From Pseudobdellovibrionaceae bacterium (lineage in GTDB: Bacteria > Bdellovibrionota > Bdellovibrionia > Bdellovibrionales > UBA1609): a stretch of DNA of 64,000 nucleotides. A program made the position numbers and the translations under genes. The notes beneath the pieces were generated by a model that was not told the origin of the DNA, ran no database searches, and worked only from the letters and a program-made list of their open reading frames with translations. Positions 19,562 to 29,438 of this stretch are shown piece by piece. The stretch covers positions 675 through 64,674 of the forward strand of contig JAYSTF010000113.1 in assembly GCA_043720065.1 (NCBI GenBank), read 5' to 3'. Position 1 is the stretch's first letter, and the number at the start of each line of letters is the position of its first letter.

Positions 19562-21583
19562 ATGATGACACCCAAGAATCCGACGAAGCTTGAAAAGCAC
19601 GGCGACGTACGCAGCGATGATTACTTCTGGATGAAAGAAAGGGACTCGGGCCCTGTACTTGAGTTTTTGAAGATGGAAAATGTGCGGGTGGAAGAGGCCC
19701 TTGGCGACACCAAAGAGTTTCGTGAGCAGCTCGTGAAGGAGATGCGCGGCCGGGTGAAAGAGGACGACATCACCGTCCCAGTCAAAGATGGGGAGTTTTA
19801 CTATCAAGTTCGTTTTCAACAAGGAAAAGAGTACCCGGTTTACATTCGCCGTAAAGGCAGCCCCGAAGCCAATGAAAACGTTCTTGCTGACGTCAACGAA
19901 ATGGCAAAAGGGCACACGTATTACAACTCCGCTGGGGTATCGGTCACACCCGATCATAAGATTGCTGCGCTAGCCGCAGACACTCAGGGGCGCAGGTTTT
20001 ACGATTTGAAATTTAAAAACCTAGAGACCGGCCAAATGCTACCGGATTCGATTCCAGCAATGACGGGCAGTGTAGCTTGGGCGAAAGATAATAGAACCGT
20101 TTTTTACTCCAAGCAAGATCCAGCCACTTTAAGGTCTTACCAGATCTATCGCTACGAGCTGGGCAGCAACAAGCCTGAGCTAGTGTACGAGGAAAAAGAT
20201 GAAACTTTCTACGTCGACGTCGACACGAGCAAAGACGGCGAGATGCTTTTGATTTCAAGTGCCTCTACTCTTTCGAATGAGTGGCGTTATTTGGATGCGA
20301 ACACTCCGAAAGCAGTGTGGCAAGTGTTCCTCCCGCGGGAAGAAAAGCACGAGTATTCCCTAGTTTTTGGCGGCGATCGGTTTTTTATTCTTACGAACTG
20401 GAACGCACAAAACTTTCGTGTGATGGAAGCTGCGATCACGTCGCGTGACAAAAATGATTGGCGCGAGGTCGTAAGCCACAAGAGCGATGTTTTGATCGAA
20501 GCTTTCGATGTTTACCGAACCCATTTAGTTCTAGAGCAGCGCTTTAACGGGTTAACCCGGTTGACAGTTAGGGATCGAAGCACTGGTCGCTCAAAACAAG
20601 TCGAGTTTACGGACGAAACCTATGTCACTTCGATGGTAGGGCTTCCAGAATACGACAGCCCTTATTTCCGCTACACGTATGAAAGTTTGGCAAGACCACC
20701 TTCAGTTTTTGATTTTAATTTCACGGACCACAAGTCGACTTTAAAAAAGGAGCGTGAGGTTCCTGGCTATGATCGCGCTAAATATGTCTCACGCCGACTT
20801 TGGGCAACGGCGCCAGATGGAACAAAAGTCCCTGTTTCATTGCTGCAGTTAAAAGATCGGCCAGCCAACGGCGGCCCCCTGCTTTTGTACGGCTATGGTT
20901 CCTATGGATATAGCGTGGACCCGCATTTTAATAGCAACGTCATCAGTCTCGTTGATCGCGGGTTTGCTTACGCCATAGCGCATATTCGTGGTGGTGCGGA
21001 GATGGGTCGGCATTGGTACGACGATGGAAAACTTTTAAAGAAGCGCAACACCTTCACGGATTTCATTGCGGTAGCCGAACATTTAGAAGGCGAAAAGTTA
21101 ACTTCTCGTGAGCATCTCTACATCATGGGGGGCAGCGCGGGCGGTCTCTTGATGGGCGCAGTGTTAAACCTTCGTCCAGATTTATTCAAAGGGGCGGTAG
21201 CAGCCGTCCCATTTGTCGATGTGGTCACGACGATGCTAGACGACACGATACCGCTCACAACGTTTGAGTACGACGAATGGGGCAACCCAAATGAAAAGCA
21301 GTATTACGATTACATGAAAAGCTATTCGCCGTACGACAATGTCACGACCAAAGCCTACCCGAACATCCTAATCACGACCGGTTATCACGATTCGCAGGTC
21401 CAATACTGGGAACCAGCCAAATGGGTAGCTAAGCTTAGGGACCTCAAGATCGATGAAAATCTGCTATTATTTAAGACGGAAATGTCGGCTGGCCATTCCG
21501 GAGCTTCGGGCCGTTTTGAGCGACTAAAAGAGATTGCGTTGAACTACGCTTTTTTCCTGAAGCTAGAAGGAAAAACCAAGTAG
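19562..21583 (+). CDS. ptrB: Oligopeptidase B (protease II), S9 family
   Basis: ORF track (673 aa). N-terminal DDYFWMKERD and catalytic Ser context GGSAGGLLMG. Length and C-terminal catalytic domain are typical. Confidence 0.9.
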   Translation: MMTPKNPTKLEKHGDVRSDDYFWMKERDSGPVLEFLKMENVRVEEALGDTKEFREQLVKEMRGRVKEDDITVPVKDGEFYYQVRFQQGKEYPVYIRRKGSPEANENVLADVNEMAKGHTYYNSAGVSVTPDHKIAALAADTQGRRFYDLKFKNLETGQMLPDSIPAMTGSVAWAKDNRTVFYSKQDPATLRSYQIYRYELGSNKPELVYEEKDETFYVDVDTSKDGEMLLISSASTLSNEWRYLDANTPKAVWQVFLPREEKHEYSLVFGGDRFFILTNWNAQNFRVMEAAITSRDKNDWREVVSHKSDVLIEAFDVYRTHLVLEQRFNGLTRLTVRDRSTGRSKQVEFTDETYVTSMVGLPEYDSPYFRYTYESLARPPSVFDFNFTDHKSTLKKEREVPGYDRAKYVSRRLWATAPDGTKVPVSLLQLKDRPANGGPLLLYGYGSYGYSVDPHFNSNVISLVDRGFAYAIAHIRGGAEMGRHWYDDGKLLKKRNTFTDFIAVAEHLEGEKLTSREHLYIMGGSAGGLLMGAVLNLRPDLFKGAVAAVPFVDVVTTMLDDTIPLTTFEYDEWGNPNEKQYYDYMKSYSPYDNVTTKAYPNILITTGYHDSQVQYWEPAKWVAKLRDLKIDENLLLFKTEMSAGHSGASGRFERLKEIALNYAFFLKLEGKTK

Positions 21584-21590
21584 GTAAGAG

Positions 21591-22571
21591 ATGTCTGCTT
21601 TGCTGGAAAATAAGAAACGAAAGATCTTAGTCGTCGACGACGATCCTGCAAGTCTGCGTATTTCGTCGAAGGCTTTGGAGTTTGAGGGCTATCAGGTTGA
21701 AACCGCGAACTCAGGTCATGAAGCGGTAACGAAAATGAATGCCTGGCGCCCGCACTTGGTTCTGCTCGACATCAGCATGCCAGCTCTCGATGGGTTAGAG
21801 ACACTTAAAATTTTGCGTGCCCGTGATGAGTACGTTTCCGTGCTTTTCGTAAGCGGAAGATCCGCATCTGAAGATGTAATTCGCGGCCTGGATTCAGGGG
21901 CCGATGATTACATCCGCAAACCCTTCGATACGCTCGAGCTGCTTGCCCGAGTTCGTAGCCAACTACGCATCAAAGATTTAAATGACAGTCTAAAAAAAGC
22001 TAACGACAAACTTAAGGAATTGATCGATATCGATGACCTGACCGGCCTCTTTAACATGCGATCGCTTTATAAGCGTTTGGATTTTGAACTCGATCGGGCC
22101 CGACGCTACAAACGCTCCGTTTGCGTTGTTATGATGGACATGGATCATTTTAAGCAGGTCAACGATAAGCATGATCACTTGTTTGGCAGTTTTGTGCTTT
22201 CCCAAGTGGGAAAAATGATTAAAGACAATATTCGCAAAGTAGATTTCGCCGCCCGCTATGGCGGGGATGAATATCTCGTGGTGCTTACGGAAATCGATCA
22301 AAAAGGAACTGACACATTCACTGAAAGGTTACGCGCTCGCATTGAGGGCTTCACATTTATTTCCGACAATCATTCCATCCGATTAACGGCCAGCCTCGGT
22401 TATTGTTTAGCTTCACCGGCCACGCAAAACATCGACGCCAGGGCGTTAGTGCGATTGGCAGACAAAGCGCTTTACCGGGCAAAACAAGGTGGTCGAAATC
22501 GCGTGGAAGCTTGGACTGACGTTGAAGAACGCAATCCTATTCCAGAGGAATCATTGCGCCGTGGGAATTGA
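21591..22571 (+). CDS. Response-regulator receiver + GGDEF nucleotide cyclase with a Hypr-type Ser at the base-specificity position
   Basis: ORF track (326 aa). Receiver KILVVDDD...LLDISMPALDG...IRKPF. Cyclase DMDHFKQVNDKHDHLFGSFVL, with Ser200 (codon 22188-22190) where canonical enzymes have GD. I-site RKVD lies 5 aa before the active-site motif GGDEY. Confidence 0.9.
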   Translation: MSALLENKKRKILVVDDDPASLRISSKALEFEGYQVETANSGHEAVTKMNAWRPHLVLLDISMPALDGLETLKILRARDEYVSVLFVSGRSASEDVIRGLDSGADDYIRKPFDTLELLARVRSQLRIKDLNDSLKKANDKLKELIDIDDLTGLFNMRSLYKRLDFELDRARRYKRSVCVVMMDMDHFKQVNDKHDHLFGSFVLSQVGKMIKDNIRKVDFAARYGGDEYLVVLTEIDQKGTDTFTERLRARIEGFTFISDNHSIRLTASLGYCLASPATQNIDARALVRLADKALYRAKQGGRNRVEAWTDVEERNPIPEESLRRGN

Positions 22572-23592
22572 AAGCCAACAGCTTAGTGACCTAGAACAAA
22601 AGCGTCGCAGAAATGCGGTCGTGCTTTCATTGGTCATCAGCATAATTTTGATGGTCATAAAGTTCTGGGCTCATAACATGACCGAGTCCCAGGCGATATA
22701 TTCCGATGCGGTAGAGAGTATCGTTAACGTATTAGCCGCGATGGTCGCACTCTGGGTGATCTGGTATTCTGCAAAGCCGGCGGATGAGGATCATCCGTAT
22801 GGCCACGGAAAGATCGAATTTTTCTCCGCCGCTTTCGAAGGCGGATTGATTGCTTTCGCTTCACTCGCGATTATCGTTGAAGCCGGAAAAGCCCTCTATC
22901 GTGGCAATACTTTAAATCATCTTGGTGAAGGGTTAATTCTTGTCGCGATTGCGGGCTTTGGTAATCTGGCTCTCGGACTTTATCTCCGCCATCGCGGCAA
23001 CTCACTAAGTTCAGTGGCCTTAAAAGCCAGCTCTGCTCACGTAATTTCAGATTTTTGGACGAGCGCCGGCGTGATCGTTGGTCTTTTGATCGTACACCTC
23101 ACGGGTTGGGTATGGGCGGATGCGGTCATCGCTATCTTGGTAGGCCTATGGCTTGGCTATACAGGTTTCAAGTTAGTTGGTTCAGCGGTTGGCGGATTAA
23201 TGGATCAAGAAGATCCTCGGCTCCTGGAAACTCTTGCAGAAGTTTTTAAGAAAAGCACCAAACCAGGAATCATCCAGATTCATCATGTCCGAGTCATTCG
23301 CTCTGGATGGTATCATCATATCGACGCGCACTTAGTGATGCCGGAATACTGGGATGTTAAGCGGGTTCACGAAGTCGTGAATCAATTTGAACGCTCTGTG
23401 ATTCAAAATTACGAGTACGGCGGCGAAATGAATTATCATGTTGATCCATGCCGTAGAGCGTACTGCAAATTCTGCGATGTTCTTGAATGTCCTATTCGCG
23501 TGGAACAATTTGAAGCCGCAATGCCGGTTCGCTTGGAGCATTTACGCTCGCCAGTAGAGCCCGCGGAATTCCGCAAACGCCGTAAGCCGTAA
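22561..23592 (+). CDS. Cation diffusion facilitator (CDF) metal efflux transporter with a Cys-rich C-terminal tail
   Basis: ORF track frame. The GTG at 22561 is chosen as start and overlaps the GGDEF stop by 11 nt; the start is uncertain. CDF motifs YSDAVESIVN, HPYGHGKIEF, HVISDFWTS. Tail CRRAYCKFCDVLEC. Confidence 0.8.
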   Translation: MGIESQQLSDLEQKRRRNAVVLSLVISIILMVIKFWAHNMTESQAIYSDAVESIVNVLAAMVALWVIWYSAKPADEDHPYGHGKIEFFSAAFEGGLIAFASLAIIVEAGKALYRGNTLNHLGEGLILVAIAGFGNLALGLYLRHRGNSLSSVALKASSAHVISDFWTSAGVIVGLLIVHLTGWVWADAVIAILVGLWLGYTGFKLVGSAVGGLMDQEDPRLLETLAEVFKKSTKPGIIQIHHVRVIRSGWYHHIDAHLVMPEYWDVKRVHEVVNQFERSVIQNYEYGGEMNYHVDPCRRAYCKFCDVLECPIRVEQFEAAMPVRLEHLRSPVEPAEFRKRRKP

Positions 23593-23595
23593 CAA

Positions 23596-25170
23596 CTACC
23601 GGTGACCGAGTTCGCGCAAAATGTAATCGCTGAAAGCTTCCACTTTCGCGGGGCCGAAGCCGTAGACTTCGCCGAGCTCTTCGGACGATTTGGGATTTTT
23701 GACGGCCAAATCAGTTAGAGTGCGATCACTGAAGACCATGAAGGCGGGGAGGTCGTTTTCTTTCGCATATTGTTTTCGCCAGTCTTTAAGAACAATGCGA
23801 CGGGCTTCAATTTCGGCACTAAATATGGTTGTGGAGCTTGGTTTAGTTTTGCGAGTTTTTGTTTTGGCTTTGCGCTCAGTGACAGGCTGCAAAGTTTCAG
23901 CCGGGCGGGCCACTAGCATTTCGGAATTCGGTTTGCAAACATCGCAGTGGCCGCATTCGTTGATGCGCTCAGAATCTTTGAAATAAGTTAAAATCCCGGC
24001 GTGGCGGCATTCGCCACCCTCGGCAAAATTAATCATGGCGTTTAGCGAATCCCAGCGTCGGCGAATGACGTCTTTCGCGGCACTGGACTGTTCGATAAAG
24101 TAGGCCTGAAGCCCTTTGTCTTTTTTAGAGTAAAGTAGAAGGCAGCGCGAATTAACACCATCGCGTCCGGCGCGGCCCATTTCCTGATAAAATGATTCAA
24201 TGTTCGCGGGCATCTGGTAGTGCACCACTAAGCGCACATCGGGATAGTCGATTCCCATTCCGAATGCGTTCGTGGCGGCAACAATGCGTACTTCGCCGGA
24301 GTTCAACTTTTCCTGAACAGCCTTGCGATCTTCAGCACTTCGGCCAGCGTGATAATAGTCGACATTGCCAAACTCCATCGACAGGTGAAGTGATAAGTCC
24401 TCACAAGTCTGGCGAGTACCACAATAAATCAAAACGCGGCCGTCAGTGACGCGGCGAAGAGCGTGACGCAAAAACAAAAATTTAAAGGAGTCGTCCTTAC
24501 AGGTTTCAACTTGGTAATAAAGATTGGGACGATAAAATCCGTGCACGTGACGGTCCGGCTCTTTCATCCCGAGCTGAACGCCCACGTCTTTTAACACTGT
24601 CGGAGTGGCAGTCGCGGTGAGAGCTAAAACCGGCACATCGGGACGAATTTCGCGTAAAAGTTTAAGCTTGTGATAATCTTCTCGGAAATCAGGTCCCCAT
24701 TGCGACACGCAATGCGCTTCATCGATGGCAAACAAAACTACGTTCTGGGTTTTGATCCAGTCGGCGAAGCCCGGATTTTGTACTCGTTCCGGAGAGACGT
24801 AAAGCACGAATGCCCCGCCTTTTTTTATGCGGGCAAATACATCACGCTTGTCGTCTGCGGTTTGCGCCGAGTGTATGCAGCCTGCTTGAATCCCAAGATT
24901 TTGCAATAAGCGCACTTGATCATTCATCAAGGCGATCAAGGGCGATACGACAACAACTAAACCTTCGAAATGAATGGCGGGAAGCTGATAGCAGAGCGAT
25001 TTACCACCGCCCGTTGGCAGCACGGCAAGTGCATCTTTGCGATTAAAGACGGAAGACAAAATCGCCATTTGGCCTTTGCGAAAGGACGAAAGGCCAAAAC
25101 GGCTCTGCAATAAATCTGTGAGTTGTTTTTCTAACATCGAATCAATAACCGCCAGCGGCACCTTCGCCAC
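23596..25170 (-). CDS. recQ: ATP-dependent DNA helicase RecQ (short form: helicase + Zn-binding + HRDC)
   Basis: ORF track (524 aa). FRKGQ, PTGGGKSLCYQ, DEAHCVSQWG, Zn cluster CRH...CGHCDVC, and an HRDC-like C-terminus. The alternative start MLEKQ at 25137 is possible. Confidence 0.9.
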   Translation of the reverse strand: MAKVPLAVIDSMLEKQLTDLLQSRFGLSSFRKGQMAILSSVFNRKDALAVLPTGGGKSLCYQLPAIHFEGLVVVVSPLIALMNDQVRLLQNLGIQAGCIHSAQTADDKRDVFARIKKGGAFVLYVSPERVQNPGFADWIKTQNVVLFAIDEAHCVSQWGPDFREDYHKLKLLREIRPDVPVLALTATATPTVLKDVGVQLGMKEPDRHVHGFYRPNLYYQVETCKDDSFKFLFLRHALRRVTDGRVLIYCGTRQTCEDLSLHLSMEFGNVDYYHAGRSAEDRKAVQEKLNSGEVRIVAATNAFGMGIDYPDVRLVVHYQMPANIESFYQEMGRAGRDGVNSRCLLLYSKKDKGLQAYFIEQSSAAKDVIRRRWDSLNAMINFAEGGECRHAGILTYFKDSERINECGHCDVCKPNSEMLVARPAETLQPVTERKAKTKTRKTKPSSTTIFSAEIEARRIVLKDWRKQYAKENDLPAFMVFSDRTLTDLAVKNPKSSEELGEVYGFGPAKVEAFSDYILRELGHR

Positions 25171-26797
25171 GGGAATCGAAGGCGCCTTGAAGTGTTCCGT
25201 CCTTCGCTAATCTCACCATGTAAACCCGGCCGATGCCACCAAACTCGACCTGGTGACCCCGCTTGGTAAGTCCCGCAACGGTTTCAGGCGAAAATTTTAG
25301 ATCATCTAAAATAAGTTTGTTTGGCAGAAATTGATGATGCACCCGCGCGGCTTGCACGGCCTGGTCGACATCTAAGCCAGTGACTAAATGACGGTAAAGC
25401 GCCTGAAATACCGACGAAATAATTCTTGGGCCCCCAGGGGCGCCCGCTGCTAATATGATCTTGCCGCCTTGCTCAACAAGAGTAGGACTCATGGAACTCA
25501 GCGGCCGCTTTCCCGGCTGCACGACGTTGCCCTCGCCTTGAATCAAACCAAACATATTGGGGACACCAGGCCTGGTCGTAAAATCATCCATTTCATTGTT
25601 GAGTGCGATGCCAAACCGTTCACTTACAACCCGCGATCCATAATTTCCGTTTAGGGTCACGGTAAGAGCCACTGCATTGCCTTTGCTGTCTATGATGGAA
25701 AAATGTGTGGTCTGGGAACTCTCTTGGGGCACGTCTTTGAGGGCGGCGAGAGTTGTCGCCTTATCGGCTTTTACACTTGCAACAAGCTCGTTCAAATAAT
25801 TCGGGGAGGCCAAATAGGAGAGCGGATTTTTATGGAAGTCTGGATCTCCCAGCAGGGGGCGGCCGCGAAAAGAGCGATGCAGAATTTCGCCGAGGAAATG
25901 CAGCTCTTCGACGGAAAACGGCTTAAGCTTCGTAATATTCAAACGATCTACTAGCTGAAGCGCCGTTCGCATTACTACGCCACCGCTTGACGGAGGTGGC
26001 ATTAAATAAAATTTATAACCTTTAAACTCATTCACCAGCGGTTCAAGCCAACGCACCTTGTAGCTCTTTAAATCGGCCATGGTCAGGTTGCCGCCAGCTG
26101 CGTTGACCGACTTCGTAATATCGGTGGCGACAGCTCCTTGATAAAACCCATCGCCACCTTTGTTCCGAAGTTCGATCAAAGCCTGCGCTAAAGAAACCTG
26201 TTTTAACAAATCACCGGCGCGATAAGCGGACCTGTCGGGTTTTACGAAAAAATGCATTCCCGCCGCATTAAAATCGGCCATTTCTTCTTTTGTCGTGGTC
26301 GCCCATTCGCCCGTGACGCGAAACCCTTCTTGCGCGAGCTTGAGCGGTGTTTGGAAAAGTCTCTTCCATGGCAGTTTGCCGTGTTTTTTGTGAATCGCCC
26401 AAAGACCGGCGGGAACTCCTGGGACGGCGACCGCAGTGCCCCCTTTGGTTGAGGCGTTTTCTGGCTTACCTTCATAATACTGTTTGCCTGCTGCCGCGGG
26501 CGCGGTTTCCCGGAAGTCGAGGACCTCAACTTTTCCACTGAGCTTCATCATCGCGAAACCTCCGCCACCGAGGGCGGCAAAGTAAGGCGATGTAACGGCC
26601 AAGGTAAGGAGTGCTACGACTGTCGCGTCGGCGACATTACCACCGGCTGCGGAAATTTCACGAACGGCTTCCACCATGTACTGTGATGGGCCAGAAATCA
26701 TGATCTGGGACCCTTCATTAGGGACGGCCCAAACCCGTGGTACAGGGAGAGCTATGAAAATCGTGCAAATTAGAAGGCGAAATCTCTTGAGCAACAT
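25142..26797 (-). CDS. ggt: Gamma-glutamyltranspeptidase
   Basis: ORF track frame. Preferred start MLLKRFRLLICTIFIALPVPRVWA (ATG 26797, GGAGG upstream), which is signal-like. GGT-family sequence TTHFSIIDSKGNAV (nucleophile Thr context), PLSSMSPT. Confidence 0.9.
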   Translation of the reverse strand: MLLKRFRLLICTIFIALPVPRVWAVPNEGSQIMISGPSQYMVEAVREISAAGGNVADATVVALLTLAVTSPYFAALGGGGFAMMKLSGKVEVLDFRETAPAAAGKQYYEGKPENASTKGGTAVAVPGVPAGLWAIHKKHGKLPWKRLFQTPLKLAQEGFRVTGEWATTTKEEMADFNAAGMHFFVKPDRSAYRAGDLLKQVSLAQALIELRNKGGDGFYQGAVATDITKSVNAAGGNLTMADLKSYKVRWLEPLVNEFKGYKFYLMPPPSSGGVVMRTALQLVDRLNITKLKPFSVEELHFLGEILHRSFRGRPLLGDPDFHKNPLSYLASPNYLNELVASVKADKATTLAALKDVPQESSQTTHFSIIDSKGNAVALTVTLNGNYGSRVVSERFGIALNNEMDDFTTRPGVPNMFGLIQGEGNVVQPGKRPLSSMSPTLVEQGGKIILAAGAPGGPRIISSVFQALYRHLVTGLDVDQAVQAARVHHQFLPNKLILDDLKFSPETVAGLTKRGHQVEFGGIGRVYMVRLAKDGTLQGAFDSRGEGAAGGY

Positions 26798-26884
26798 CCG
26801 TGGACCTCCGTTATACCTAAGACCGCGATATATTCTGCCTGTAACGCTATTGATGCAAGGCCGGCGATTTGTTACACCCAGGCA

Positions 26885-27589
26885 ATGTCTCGCGGCGCAC
26901 AAACTCGGGTCAGTAAGACTCGCACCATACCTTTACCAAACGCTTACATCAAAGCCCTCTATGGTGAGTTTGGCGATTATTGCCTAGATGAGGAGGCGGC
27001 GCCCTTGAAAAAGGGAGTTTGGCGCTCAGACGTCTTTCATGCTTCGGCAGGAACACCTCTCGATTTAGAGATCGGCACTGGGAACGGCTACCATTTCGCG
27101 CACCGGGCCTTTAGCTTTCGTGACCGCTTAATCTTAGGTTTGGAATTAAAGTACAAACCTTTGATCCAATCAATACGCCGAGCCGTACGGCAGGGAAGCC
27201 AAAATGCCCGCGCCGCCCGCTACAACGCCGTATTAACTCAAGAGCTATTCGCAGCGGAAGAGATCAACAACGTTTACATTCACTTTCCTGATCCTTGGAG
27301 CAAAACGGCTCAGCAGAAACACCGGTTGCTCCAGGTGGAATTTCTCCAGCGTTTATGGAACGTCCAACAACCAGGATCATTCGTCGAAATAAAAACCGAT
27401 AACCGGGAATATTTCGACTGGATGCTTATTAAGATTGCGGCGTCCCCGTACAAACTTGAAGCTAAGAGCTTTGATTTGCATCATTCGGAATTCGCCGCGA
27501 CCAATTTTGTGACTCAATTTGAAGGACTATTTGTTCGTCAGGGCACGAAAATTAATTATGCTGTACTTCACAAGGCTCCTTCAGCTTGA
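26885..27589 (+). CDS. trmB: tRNA (guanine-N7)-methyltransferase
   Basis: ORF track (234 aa). LEIGTGNGYHF, HFPDPWSKTAQQKHRL. The start is uncertain. Confidence 0.85.
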   Translation: MSRGAQTRVSKTRTIPLPNAYIKALYGEFGDYCLDEEAAPLKKGVWRSDVFHASAGTPLDLEIGTGNGYHFAHRAFSFRDRLILGLELKYKPLIQSIRRAVRQGSQNARAARYNAVLTQELFAAEEINNVYIHFPDPWSKTAQQKHRLLQVEFLQRLWNVQQPGSFVEIKTDNREYFDWMLIKIAASPYKLEAKSFDLHHSEFAATNFVTQFEGLFVRQGTKINYAVLHKAPSA

Positions 27590-28880
27590 GTTGCTTCAAA
27601 TCTGAAAAATCGAATTTCCCGTCCTGGCGGTGAGGCTCCCAGTAGGCATATTTCCAAGCCTCAGGAAATGGGGCGATAGTCGTTTTAAAAGCGGAATCAA
27701 TGGACGCCCCGTCCACTGCGAGTGGACCCACATTCCCTTGCGCGAAGTAAGCCAAGTAGGCTTGAGTATAATCCGGGTGCCTAATCGGAATTCTGCATGA
27801 GTACTTGTTTAAGATTAGTATTTCGACTCTCACAGATTCGCCTGGTGCCACAGTTATGGTTTTAGCATCTTTATTATCAAGAAAGGCGAATTGGATCGAT
27901 AGTGAAATCGGGACGTAACCTTCAGTAGTGACGACGTGAAACATCTCTAACTTTTGTGCATTGGTTGCAGGAAGCTCTAGCTGGATTGGCAAAGCCTCCA
28001 GGTTTTTTATTTCCGAAATCCCAAAACTGATCCAGCCCCATCGATTGATCGCCACAGCAGGCGTAAACTTTGCCTCAGTCTTCAACATCGGAAAGCGCAC
28101 TTTTAAAAGTGGTGAATAGCTGCGATTTGATTTTTTGGAAGTGGCGATGACTCGGCAAAACTGCTGAGGAACTCTTGAGGGACCACCCTTCATTTTTCCG
28201 CGGGGAATTGCCTTAATGAGATCAAATTCTGGCAGATTAACGAGGCCATCGCCCCTAGCCTGAATAACGATGCGATGGAATTCACACTCGAGGGCAAGTT
28301 CCGAAATATTTTTATCTGTAACAAGCGAGTACCTTTGCCATTCGCTCATCGGAAGCTCAAGCGCTAGAGCAGTTGCACTGATTGGCGTGAAATCCCGCCT
28401 AAATGAGAGTTCCTGGCCATTTATTTTCGATTGAAACTTGAAATCGAGGGGAGGAAAAATTTGGGAGGAGCCTCCTTTGTTAGTGGCAACGATCTCGACG
28501 CGACAAAGGAAAGGTTTTTCAGGATATAGGAGTGCCTCCGTTGGGACGATATCTTTAATGTGAATTCGGTCGGGGCCATCAAACGAGGTTACAAAGGAAA
28601 GGCTGCGCTCGCTGACTCCGCACTGACTGTTTACACTTAGTCGAATACCTTCGGCGGGCACGACTTGAGTCAGTTGCAAGTAGCTTCTATCATCAAGTTC
28701 AGGCGAGACTTTTGCGGTGAATTCTTTCCATTCCAAGGGTTTTTCATCTCCTCGGACGATCTGTGGCGCGGGAAGGCGAATAGACGGCGCACTCTTCTTT
28801 TTGTCCGGCGCACAAGAAACCATTCCAGAAGAAAAGACGCTAATGACACTGAGAATACATAAAACACGGTTAAATTTCAT
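27552..28880 (-). CDS. Hypothetical lipoprotein (443 aa)
   Basis: ORF track frame. Preferred start MKFNRVLCILSVISVFSSGMVSC (ATG 28880, GGAGG 5 nt upstream, lipobox-like MVSC). No family recognised. The 3' end overlaps trmB convergently by 38 nt. Confidence 0.75.
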   Translation of the reverse strand: MKFNRVLCILSVISVFSSGMVSCAPDKKKSAPSIRLPAPQIVRGDEKPLEWKEFTAKVSPELDDRSYLQLTQVVPAEGIRLSVNSQCGVSERSLSFVTSFDGPDRIHIKDIVPTEALLYPEKPFLCRVEIVATNKGGSSQIFPPLDFKFQSKINGQELSFRRDFTPISATALALELPMSEWQRYSLVTDKNISELALECEFHRIVIQARGDGLVNLPEFDLIKAIPRGKMKGGPSRVPQQFCRVIATSKKSNRSYSPLLKVRFPMLKTEAKFTPAVAINRWGWISFGISEIKNLEALPIQLELPATNAQKLEMFHVVTTEGYVPISLSIQFAFLDNKDAKTITVAPGESVRVEILILNKYSCRIPIRHPDYTQAYLAYFAQGNVGPLAVDGASIDSAFKTTIAPFPEAWKYAYWEPHRQDGKFDFSDLKQLKLKEPCEVQHN

Positions 28881-29012
28881 TTGGACCTCCAAGCGAGGCC
28901 AACGTCGCAAGGCGAGTGCCACTTCGCATCTTGGGTAAGTTTTCACTTAACTTTCATTTGGCCAGCCGTATACTGGCGCCAGTTTGGCAATGTGACTAAA
29001 GGAGAACCGATT

Positions 29013-29438
29013 ATGAACAGACGCGCGTTTCTTAAAGTGACCTCGATTTCCGCTGTGGCCTTGGCTTTCGGTTCACAGCTTCTAGCTCTTGGCCAGCGAG
29101 CGTGGGCCGCGGCTGCGTTGGCTTTGGTCGATATGTCGAAAACAAAGCGTAAAGATCCGGAGAATGAAAAGGCCGTCGGAATCCTTGCGGGCTTAGGCTA
29201 TGTCGAAGATGCCGTTGCCGCGGAAAAAGCCGGTAAGTATAAACGGGTCGACAAAAATCATCCGTCGGGAAAGCCGATGCCAGCCGCTAAACAATTTTGT
29301 AGCAACTGCTCTTTTTTTGAAGACGCTAAGGTCGACACGAAGGACCATGCGAAATGCAAATTAGTGCCAGTGGAAATTCAGGTTCACAGTAAAGGAATCT
29401 GCAACACTTATAACGCTCATCCAAAATCTAAAGTCTAA
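29013..29438 (+). CDS. Tat-exported high-potential iron-sulfur protein (HiPIP)-like
   Basis: ATG 29013 after AAGGAG. Twin-arginine motif NRRAFLK. Four Cys spaced C-x2-C-x15-C-x14-C (FCSNCSFF...AKCKLVPVEIQVHSKGICNTY), a near match to the HiPIP signature with Ile in place of Trp/Tyr. Confidence 0.7.
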   Translation: MNRRAFLKVTSISAVALAFGSQLLALGQRAWAAAALALVDMSKTKRKDPENEKAVGILAGLGYVEDAVAAEKAGKYKRVDKNHPSGKPMPAAKQFCSNCSFFEDAKVDTKDHAKCKLVPVEIQVHSKGICNTYNAHPKSKV

